From the NCBI GenBank assembly GCA_950097015.1, contig CATNEN010000038.1, positions 8,432,001 through 8,496,000 of the forward strand: a DNA stretch of 64,000 nt, written 5' to 3'. A model generated the notes under the pieces. It did not search any database. It worked only from the letters and a program-made list of their open reading frames with translations, and was not told the origin of the DNA. Below, piece by piece: positions 52,272 through 62,006 of this stretch. This stretch comes from Macrostomum hystrix (lineage: Eukaryota > Animalia > Platyhelminthes). The position numbers and the translations under genes are program-made. Within the stretch, counting starts at the first letter, position 1, and every line of letters starts with the position of its first letter.

Positions 52272-53593
52272 CCGGTGCTTATGTCTTGCACCGCGAAGCT
52301 TTTCAACCGACTGCTTCTCGATCGCCTGCAGTCGGTGCTGGACCCGTACCTCCGTTACGAGCAGAACGGGTTCCGGCCACAGCGCGGTACAGTAACCCAG
52401 ATCCTCGCACTCCGCCGTGTCATCGAGGAGGCGCGCATCCGCCAGTCAACGCTGATCGTCGTGTTTGTCGACTTCCGCAAGGCGTTTGACTCGGTGTCGA
52501 GGGCCGCGCTTCCACTAGTCCTTCGTGCCTACCGGGTCCCAGAGCAGCTAGTCGCCGCTGTCATGTCGCTGTATCGCGACACGCGCGCTGCTGTTGTTAC
52601 GGCGGACGGCCTGTCCGACCTGTTTGCCACCTCGTCAGGAGTGCTGCAGGGCGACACGCTGGCCCCGTTCCTCTTCGTGCTTCTCCTGGACTGGGTGCTT
52701 CGGACTGCGCTCCCCTCGGCTGAAGACGGCTTCCTGCTACGCAGACGCATCGGTCGCCGCCACGATGAGAAGCGCCTCAGTGTGCTTGGCTACGCCGACG
52801 ACCTCGCCCTCCTGTCCTCGACTGTCGAAGGTGCCCAGCGCCAGATTGACAGGTTGGCTGAGGTGGCATCAAGCGTCGGCCTAGTGATCAACACGCTTAA
52901 GACCGAGGTGCTGACCGTGCCGGCCGACATCCCAGCGGACCTGACGTGCCGCGGCGCAGACGGGCAGATCATCTCGCTCGCACGCTGCCAGCGCTTCACT
53001 TACCTCGGCGGTCTGGTGCCCAACGTGGAAGACGACATCCGGCGGCGCAGAGGACTCGCATGGGCGGCCTACCGTTCGATCCGGGCCGTCCTCCAGTCCA
53101 CAGCGCTGCCTGACCGCCAGAGGGCTCGGCTGTGGCAGGCGGTGATCGAGACCGTCCTGCTGTACAACGCCGAGTCGTGGACGCTGACGGCTACGCTGGA
53201 GCGGCAGCTGGACTCGGCGCACTCGGGGCTGCTCCGTGCGGCCTTTCAAGCTGACGAGAGCGTCGGGACGGAGGCTCTGTACGAGAGAGCTCAGCTGCAA
53301 CGCCCGTCCACCATCCTGCGCCAGCGACGACTTCGACTAGCGGGCCACGTCATTCGGGCCGAAAGCTACTGCCGCCAGCCCGCCCAGGACGTCCTTCTGC
53401 TCACCCTGCAGGGCCCGTTCAGGCGCGGCCAGGCTCGGACCCGCCGCTACGTCGACTGCCTGCTGAGCGACGCCAGGGCGCCCGACACTGCCTCCGGCGC
53501 GGACCATGTTCGCGCGCTGGCTCTGCGGCGCATCATTTGACGCCGCCCCCCTGACGTTTGGGGCTTGCGTATTTTGTTGTTGTTGTTGTTGTT
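52272..53593 (+). mobile_element. 5'-truncated non-LTR retrotransposon (RTE-like LINE) with (TTG)n tail and 13-bp TSD
   Basis: ORF 52275-53540 contains RT motifs QNGFRP, FVDFRKAFDSV, GVLQGDTLAPFLF, YADD, FTYLG and LLYNAESW. There is a short 3' UTR and a TTG tail. GTAAAAAGTTGTC occurs at 52259-52271 and again at 53594-53606. Confidence 0.93.
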
Positions 53594-53851
53594 GTAAAAA
53601 GTTGTCTTGTGTTTTGCTGCTCTTCCCTGTCCCATGTTATTATATTGTTTTGTAAGATTGCTTATTCAGAATATTCATGCTTTTCTTTCAACAAGAATTA
53701 AGTTAGCCAAATCGACTACACAAATTGAAAATATAACATAAGCATACAAAAAGCAAATGCTTTAACCGCCAAATTCCATTTTGTTTCAAATGTGGCCAGT
53801 TCCTTTCCAACAGTCCACTGAGTAGTTGGTTTGCCATTAAACCACGGTCTG

Positions 53852-55280
53852 CCACTCTCATTAGTCAGCCATCCCCTTCCCCACTCTCATTAGTCAGCCA
53901 TCCCCTTCCCCACTCTCATTAGTCAGTCATCCCCTTCCCCCACTCTCATTAGTCAGCCATCCCCTTCCCCACTCTCATTAGTCAGCCATCCCCTTCCCCA
54001 CTCTCATTAGTCAGCCATCCCCTTCCCCACTCTCATTAGTCAGTTATCCCCTTCCCCACTCTCATTAGTCAGCCATCCCCTTCCCCACTCTCATTAGTCA
54101 GCCGTCCACTTCCCCACTCTCATTAGTCAGCCATCCCCTTCCCCACTCTCATTAGTCAGCCATCCCCTTCCCCACTCTCATTAGTCAGCCATCCCCTTCC
54201 CCACTCTCATTAGTCAGCCGTCCACTTCCCCACTCTCATTAGTCAGCCATCCCCTTCCCCACTCTCATTAGTCAGCCATCCCCTTCCCCACTCTCATTAG
54301 TCAGCCGTCCACTTCCCCACTCTCATTAGTCAGCCATCCCCTTCCCCACTCTCATTAGTCAGCCATCCCCTTCCCCACTCTCATTAGTCAGCCATCCCCT
54401 TCCCCACTCTCATTAGTCAGCCATCCCCTTCCCCACTCTCATTAGTCAGCCATCCCCTTCCCCACTCTCATTAGTCAGCCATCCCCTTCCCCACTCTCAT
54501 TAGTCAGCCATCCCCTTCCCCACTCTCATTAGTCAGCCATCCCCTTCCCCACTCTCATTAGTCAGCCGTCCACTTCCCCACTCTCATTAGTCAGCCATCC
54601 CCTTCCCCACTCTCATTAGTCAGCCATCCCCTTCCCCACTCTCATTAGTCAGCCATCCCCTTCCCCACTCTCATTAGTCAGCCATCCCCTTCCCCACTCT
54701 CATTAGTCAGCCGTCCACTTCCCCACTCTCATTAGTCAGCCATCCCCTTCCCCACTCTCATTAGTCAGCCATCCCCTTCCCCACTCTCATTAGTCAGTTA
54801 TCCCCTTCCCCACTCTCATTAGTCAGCCATCCCCTTCCCCACTCTCATTAGTCAGTTATCCCCTTCCCCACTCTCATTAGTCAGCCATCCCCTTCCCCAC
54901 TCTCATTAGTCAGCCATCCCCTTCCCCACTCTCATTAGTCAGTTATCCCCTTCCCCACTCTCATTAGTCAGCCATCCCCTTCCCCACTCTCATTAGTCAG
55001 CCATCCCCTTCCCCACTCTCATTAGTCAGCCGTCCACTTCCCCACTCTCATTAGTCAGCCATCCCCTTCCCCACTCTCATTAGTCAGCCATCCCCTTCCC
55101 CACTCTCATTAGTCAGCCATCCCCTCCCCCACTCTCATTAGTCAGCCATCCCCTTCCCCACTCTCATTAGTCAGCCATCCCCTTCCCCGCTCTCATTAGT
55201 CAGCCATCCCCTTCCCCACTCTCATTAGTCAGCCATCCCCTCCCCCACTCTCATTAGTCAGCCATGCCCTCCCCCACTCT
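53852..55280. repeat. 29-bp minisatellite upstream of receptor paralog 3
   Basis: Unit ccactctcattagtcagccatccccttcc, about 49 copies. Confidence 0.95.
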
Positions 55281-55396
55281 GATTGGTTAGTCGCGCTATT
55301 TCTCACTCTTATTGATCAGTTAGCACCCCTTTCTGTTACTCTAATTGGTCTGCTGGCACCGTCTTCTATTTCAGCACAGCCGAAGCAGATCTCGCG

Positions 55397-56080
55397 ATGT
55401 CTCGACATCTGCTTATTATTCCTGCCACGCTGTGCCTTGTAGGTTTGCTGAGCTGCAGCTTGAGACGGGTCGCCTGTATGAGCCCTCCGGTTTCGACGAT
55501 CACAAAGCAGTACTCGCCAACCTGCCCAGCTGGCGAATATCTGAATAAGAACAGTCGAGTGTGCGACTATTGCCCGGCTGCCTGCTTGAATCCCTCCAGC
55601 AGTGCCGATTCATCGCAATGCCAGCTGATTTGGTCGGCTGGCGACTGCCTGCAGCCAACCAGTTCGCCTAGTACCGCTACGGCAGCTGACCGACCAGTCA
55701 CAGATTCGGCGGCTCAACCGACATTCGAGCCCAGGCCCAACAAGATTCGCAGTGAAATCCTTGGCGCAGTGTTGCTTTTTGTGGCTTCCGCTGTCGCCAT
55801 TGCCGGCTGGCTGATTTACAACAAGCTGTGGAAGTCGCGTTCTGCTGGCCGTCGGAGTCGTTCCTCAAATGTTGGATTATCAGAGACCAGGCAAATGGTC
55901 TTCGCTGCGCCTCCCGACAATAGACAAGACAGCGCCGACGAAGCGGCTGCTAAGTTCAACAGTGGGGCTCCGAGCAGTCCAAATGCACATGAAAGCTCGT
56001 CAGCTGGCGATGGTCAGGTTGATCATTTATTAAGGGGGAACCGAGGAGGCAGGTGTGTCGCCGAAGGTGTCAACAACTAA
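55397..56080 (+). CDS. Single-CRD TNF-receptor-like type I membrane protein, paralog 3 (227 aa)
   Basis: Signal peptide; CPAGEYLNKNSRVCDYCPAAC-x11-C-x8-C; TM ILGAVLLFVASAVAIAGWLIY followed by basic residues. Confidence 0.8.
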   Translation: MSRHLLIIPATLCLVGLLSCSLRRVACMSPPVSTITKQYSPTCPAGEYLNKNSRVCDYCPAACLNPSSSADSSQCQLIWSAGDCLQPTSSPSTATAADRPVTDSAAQPTFEPRPNKIRSEILGAVLLFVASAVAIAGWLIYNKLWKSRSAGRRSRSSNVGLSETRQMVFAAPPDNRQDSADEAAAKFNSGAPSSPNAHESSSAGDGQVDHLLRGNRGGRCVAEGVNN

Positions 56081-56349
56081 ATCGGCATGTCATTCTATGT
56101 TATTAGTCCTTTCACTTTTCTTTTTTTGTCCTTACCTGTGCAACTCAACAAAATATATTTAATTATTGCTTTATTAATAAATCTAATGACTCACTCCTAG
56201 CTCACAATCAGCATTTATTTTAACAGCTAGTAACCATTGGCTATCATCTTAAAGTTTTAGCTAACAGCTAATAACTAGTTACTGAGCTAGTAAACTAGCA
56301 ACTATGGGCTAGTAACTAGTAACAACTAGTGATGATTTGCTATTATACC

Positions 56350-56606
56350 ATGATTGTTGCCATGTACATTGTTTTGTGATTGTTGCCATGTACATTGTTT
56401 TGTGATTGTTGCCATGTACATTGTTTTGTGATTGTTGCCATGTACATTGTTTTGTGATTGTTGCCATGTACATTGTTTTGTGATTGTTGCCATGTACATT
56501 GTTTTGTGATTGTTGCCATGTACATTGTTTTGTGATTGTTGCCATGTACATTGTTTTGTGATTGTTGCCATGTACATTGTTTTGTGATTGTTGCCATGTA
56601 CATTGT
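56350..56606. repeat. 26-bp minisatellite
   Basis: Unit tgattgttgccatgtacattgttttg. Confidence 0.92.
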
Positions 56607-57370
56607 CTACACAATTTAGTTTTCATTATTGCTTATTTAGAATATAGTTGATTTTATTTTATGAAAAAAGTTATGAAAAGCAAAGTTTTCCATTTCAAAG
56701 CTTTTAACAATCTCTTACAATTTGCTCAGTAATCCAAGCATGCCAAATTATATTTTGAATTATTATTAAAGACTGTAACAATAGTTAATTGTTGATTTTT
56801 GTATTTTAGTATCGCATAATGTTACTTTTTGTACGCCTTTTGTTTTATGAGATTTTATTGAATTCCAAATATTTATCCAGCAATGATCAAATCGCCTTTA
56901 TCCTAATACTAGCCAAGAGTTTTCAATTAGCGAGATACATTGGTTCAAATGCAGAATCTCGTGTTTCTAATTAACAATGCGATCTAGTTGTCATTCTCGA
57001 TTTTGATTGCTTTTGGCTGCAACAATCCTGGGGTGGGTGGGTTTTGAAGCGCTGGATGGATTCGTGTTGTTTGACTTTGACCTTTGCTATGCTAGTGTCC
57101 AACGTGTGTGAGGTAGGCGACCTTGTGCTATACGGTGAAGCTTTCGAAAATGCCAGTCGGAATTGACGGCACGGGCTATGCTTCTGGGGGGGGACTGCAT
57201 GTGGCCAGCTGTTGTACATACAGCTAGCGGGCCACGCGCAAGCAGCGTGCCCTAGCTGGGCTTTATCTATTCTGGCTCATTCTGCCAACAGTATAAAACT
57301 GCTAATAAGTACTTGTAAGTCTAGTTATTAACTGAAATCCAGCATTTCAAAACTCAATTATTTAAGCACA

Positions 57371-58630
57371 ATGGCCAGCGCCATGCAGTGCATCGGATCT
57401 AGCAAACTGTGCTATTGCAGCAGCAAAATACTCACCGGACAGTTGGCTTTCAAAGTTAACTTATTAGCTTCGAATTGTTACAAACGGACTTTGAATTTAG
57501 GTAATTTCTTACACTATTTTTGGCCTTGAACACCGACGTATCGCTTCACAGCACTGTCGCAGCTTTTGCCCGGCGCATCTAAAGACTGCGTACGGCTGTT
57601 CAGTCCATGGACTGGGGGGACGACACACTCACTTGGTGAACTGAAGCATGGCGGAGTTAAGCATCTTGCTAATGGACACAAATTATTCCAGTGGAGTCAA
57701 GAAACAAACATCCGACCTTTAAGTCGTGAGCCAGCGAGGAGGAGGCAATTCTGCCCATTCACACAGGTGTGATCGTGAACATCTGCCCTGACTTTCTCAT
57801 CTTCGGGCAGTGTACAGTGCTGTACACTCACTGTGCTTTGGATGTTGGCCCTCATGGCTTACATTTTATGACAAGCCCCCAAGCCATCTCTCCGCGGCAC
57901 CGCTCCAAATGAATGTGGCCTCACTACGGAATCGAGCTCAGGGACCTTGGTGCGGTAGCCTTGCACCTACAAAAAATTTTGAGAAAAATTTAGACGGTTT
58001 TAATTCCATTCATGCATTATGAGCTCACTTTGTGCACAATGGGTATACAATAAACTGCCAGGTGCTCAAAGGAACAGGAACAACAATAACAACAACGACA
58101 ACAATAACAGCAAGGATGGCGATTTTAACAAAGCTGATAGCAGCAGCAGCAGCAGCAGCAGCGAGCACCTGGGCGCCAGTCCGGCCCTGGTTGCCGAGTC
58201 GCTGGCCTCGGCACGTCGAGTTCTGAGCGGAGCGTACTCCCGCCGGACTCTGATCGACCGCAGGAGCGGGCGCCAGTACTCGGCGCACGACTACCAGCTG
58301 GCTCCCAGCTGCTGCATCTACGGCTGCCAGAAGTGGCACAGCTTCACGGCTGTCTGCACCGGCGGTAATTGCATTGTTGAACTGCTGGCAAAGGAGTTCC
58401 AGCCACCCGGCTCTGGCCAGTCGGTGCTGCTGACTCCCGGACGGTCGGTCAATATCCCGGCTGGCCGGCCCTACTACCTGCGCGGCCAAGGCTTCGGACA
58501 GGCGCGCCTGTTGATTGTGTCCGTGCCACCACTGCTAGATGAGGAGCTGCAGGACTCCGATGGCAGCTTCCCGAGGCCGCCGATGCCGCAGTCGCCTCAG
58601 TGGCAGCAGCCACCGCCGGCTAATAACTAG
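57371..58630 (+). CDS. Cupin-fold-like protein (2 exons)
   Basis: Exon 57371-57500 (MASAMQC..., ends TTAG|GTAAT) splices in phase 1 to 58062-58630 (CCAG|GTGCTC). The C-terminal LTPGRSVNIPAGRPYYLRGQGFGQARLLIVSVPP resembles cupin motif 2. Confidence 0.6.
57570..57965 (-). mobile_element. Composite of SINE family B (57570-57730) and family A (57730-57965) fragments
   Basis: 57570-57730 aligns by eye to 60020-60225. 57730-57965 aligns to 22740-23000. Confidence 0.7.
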
Positions 58631-59225
58631 CAAAGCACTGCCGACTGTTTTCAGGTTCATTTTCATATTTTTGTCTATGCTCAATACCCGAATTCTTTTA
58701 CCTAGTGTCCTAGGCAGTCCTGAAACTTCTCGGGCTGTTCTGATTTAAGTTTTTGATTTTTATTACCTTTGACATTGTGCAATATAATCTTTATATTCTT
58801 TAGATTAGCCCCACACACTACTTAATGACAGTAGAGCTAGCAATCATCTGCTATGTTTTATTTTTTGTTTATTAATTTGTTTGTTTATTTATTTATTTGT
58901 TTATGTTTATTTGTTTATTTATTTGTTTGTTTATTTTATTTATTTGCTTATGTTTATTAGTTTTTTTGTTTTACTGGCTTCTAGTTGCAAACAATAACTT
59001 ATTTGAGTCTGAAAAATCTTATTAAACTTCAGAAGAGCTTCATGCTTCTTATGGAAAGTTCGGGGTTCGAATCTCAGCTTTTTGTGTCCTTGAGTGTTCA
59101 AAGCTATAATTTATTTCGAAAGTGTACATGCACAAGGTCGTATGTGCTTGGGAAGGATAAAATCCTTCAAGCAAAACGAAATCAGGGAAAATGATTGAAC
59201 ACATGTAACGTTTTAGAGTCTTCAG

Positions 59226-59478
59226 GTAGGCTGCAGGCACTGCCACATCATTTGGTGACATTAGACCCGCAGCCGGCGAGGAGGCAATTCTGCCCATTCC
59301 ACTGACTCCTGAGCACACAAGCTCACAGGAGTGTGTACGACTAGCAGTGTAGACTCTCACTGTGCCTTGGAGTTTGGCCCTTGTGGGTGTAAATTTCACG
59401 GCCCAAATGAATGTGGCCTCTACGTGGAATCGAGCTCAGGGACCTTGGTGCGAGTGCAAACGCTCTGCCACCCACCCC
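59226..59478 (-). mobile_element. tRNA-derived SINE, family A (internally deleted copy)
   Basis: Shares gacccgcagcc..gaggcaattc, ctgactcctgagcacac and aatgtggcctc..ggaatcgagctcagggacc with 22690-23038. Confidence 0.75.
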
Positions 59479-59778
59479 CTTACTGTTTTACCATAGACTA
59501 TAAAGTGGTAAGCTTTTAACCTTATAGTTAGTGATAGTGAAGCTAATTGTTAGGTTGTTAGCTTGTTCGCTGTAATAAAAATGTGTCTGAGACTCTTATT
59601 TAATTAAATGCCTCAGAGTTCCCACGGACAAGTCTTTGTAGAAATATCGAACTGATGCGGCTAAGCATCTTCTCATCGAATGAGTATAGGCGAGAAATCT
59701 CGAAGTTCAAACAACTGCAGGAGCCAGAAGGTCGCTTCTTGCTGCTTTGGCGGTTGACGCATGAAAAAACTCAGTTTG

Positions 59779-60799
59779 TCAGTTGTATCCGCGCCACGCG
59801 AAGCTATTGACCACGCCCATGCTGCAGTACTGCGAGTCCCGCTGGGTTCGATTGGCGTCAGCCACTCGGTCCTGATTGTAGCGGCTCAGCCTGTCGATCT
59901 GTGAGAAATGTGGAGTGTTTGCGAGGCGATGATTGTTTATGCCAATCTTCGACATTTAAAGCTTGCTTGATTGACTAAACCTTTGCTAGCGTGTGGAAAA
60001 TAATGACTAATATTATATCTGAAGGCGCATCTGAAGGCTGCGTACGGCTGTTCAGTCCATGGACTGGGGGGACGCCACACCCACCTTCAATTACCCCAGC
60101 TAATGCTGGTACCCATTTAACAGCTGGGTGAACTGAAGCAATGCACAGTTAAGTGTCTTGCTAAAGGACACTAATTGTTCCAGTGGAGTCGGGAATCGAA
60201 CCCCCGACCTTCAAGTCGTGAGTCCGACGCTCTAACCACAAGGCTACAACCTCCACAAGGCTGCAACCTGTCATTGTAAAAAACCGGATCATTTACCAGG
60301 TAATACCAGAGTACCATTTATCAGGTAAACGTCTGATATTTTAATAAGTAAACAGTACAAAGTCATAGAGGCTGTCGTTTATTAGCTATAGATTGATAAC
60401 GGACTGTTAACTATGCAAAGGGCAGATTATATACTAGGTAAATTACTGTCGACTAGCAAGTAAAAAAAATGGAAATTCATTTGCTAGCACGTGATGCATT
60501 TTTTGGATCGTGTCACTCACAAGCCGTTGCCTCTCGGCCATAGACAACCGTTTCTGCTGATAGTCCCGCCTCTGCCAGGAGTTGCTGGGCTGCCGCTGAA
60601 GCGGCACCACGTAGAGCCGCTGCACCGACTGCTGAATCTCGTAGGCTGTTAGCCGCTGATGGCCTAGACCGAAATTCGGCAGCAGAATGGTGCCCCAGGG
60701 CTGTTTCTCGGTGTCGGTTCGAACTCCGGACCGCACGCTGAGAGCCGACCTGGCCCTCTGCCGCTGTAGATGTCCGCTGCTCAATGCGCTGGCTGACAT
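59779..60799 (-). CDS. Small uncharacterised basic protein (2 exons, about 132 aa)
   Basis: Exon 60521-60799 (donor GTGAGT) and exon 59779-59898 (acceptor TCTCACAG) join in phase 0 and end ...MGVVNSFAWRGYN*. There is an in-frame stop upstream of the ATG. Confidence 0.6.
60018..60253 (-). mobile_element. tRNA-derived SINE, family B
   Basis: Minus strand has a tRNA-like head (GGAGGTTGTAGCCTTGTGGTTAGAGCG...GGTTCGATTCCCGACTCCA), then the body GTGTCCTTTAGCAAGACACTTAAC...CACCCAGCTGTTAAATGGGTACC, then a short tandem tail. Confidence 0.8.
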
Positions 60800-61369
60800 T
60801 TCTGCTTAGCTGATTGCTGGATCGTCCTGAGTCTAGTTTGAGTCCACTGCAGCTTCCAGTCTCTAGCCTATAAGGCACTGCCCCTGAGTCCTGGAATGCG
60901 ATCTCTATACAATGCAGCTCATTTCACGACAGGAAGCGACAACAATGCTTCCCAGGATCTCCAAATTCAGATTGCGGCTGACGGCAGTTCCGGGTCGCTA
61001 TGACAACCCAGGGACGCCAAGAAGGTGCCAACCCTAAACCTGGCATTGAGTTCATGCTATTGTGATGAGCTGCACTCTGAATTAAATAGCCAAAGTCTGA
61101 GTTCATTTCATTAAACTGCTGTTAGAAGCAAAGCATGGCTAAATGAATGTCCGACTTGTCACTGTTTAAATATCTAGAAGAACAGCAGAAAATCACGAGT
61201 GCACGTTGTCAGTATTCTTTTACCTGTTTCTTGAATATATATAGAAAACTATTTTGTCGGCGGATGTAAAAGTCCAAATGATTTAGTCGTCGGTTGGGTT
61301 AATAATCGGTGGGGTTAAAAAAGCAATTTGAAACTCATGCAGGTTAAAAGCTGAATTTTAAAGTAGCTT

Positions 61370-61857
61370 GGAATTAACAGTCAGTGGGCCTTAACAGTCC
61401 ATGGAATTAACAATCGGTGGGATTTAACAGTCCATGGAATTAACAATCGGTGGGATTTAACAGTCCATGGAATTAACAATCGGTGGGATTTAACAGTCCA
61501 TGGAATTAACAGTCGGTGGGATTTACCAGTCAGTGGGATTTGACTGTCCATGGAATTAACAGTCGGTGGGATTTAACAGTCGGTGGGATTTAACAATCGG
61601 TGGGATTTACCAGTCAGTGGGATTTGACTGTCCATGGAATTAACAGTCGGTGGGATTTCACAGTCGGTGGGATTTCACAGTCGGTGGGATTTCACAGTCG
61701 GTGGGATTTAACAGTCGGTGGGATTTAACAGTCCATGGAATTAAAAGTCGGTGAGATTTACCAGTCAGTGGGATTTGACTGTCCATGGAATTAACAGTCG
61801 GTGGGATTTCACAGTCGGTGGGATTTAACATTCCATGGAATTAGCAATCGTGGGATT
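61370..61857. repeat. 17-bp-based minisatellite
   Basis: Units taacagtcggtgggatt and taacagtccatggaat. Confidence 0.88.
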
Positions 61858-62006
61858 CAAAACTCAAAATTCAAAACGGATTTACTGGAATAAAAAGCGC
61901 TTTATGATGATTATCTGTCCCGACCGTCACTTTTCAATTTTACACAATCTACGGCCACGATAAAGTTAATCCCACTATCCCGGGCCGCTGCTCTGGTACT
62001 TGTATT

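Noticed and set aside
6768-56080. Functional linkage between scribble and the Grindelwald-like receptors based on proximity
   Set aside because: They are about 28 kb apart with unrelated genes between. Proximity in an animal genome is not evidence without conserved synteny.
56970-57262. Helitron-like 3' hairpin near CTAG
   Set aside because: A GC hairpin exists at about 57228-57252, but its spacing to CTAG is atypical and there is no 5' end or second copy.
60180-60253. Functional tRNA gene
   Set aside because: The anticodon and acceptor stems are imperfect, and it continues into a SINE body that has a second copy at 57.6 kb.
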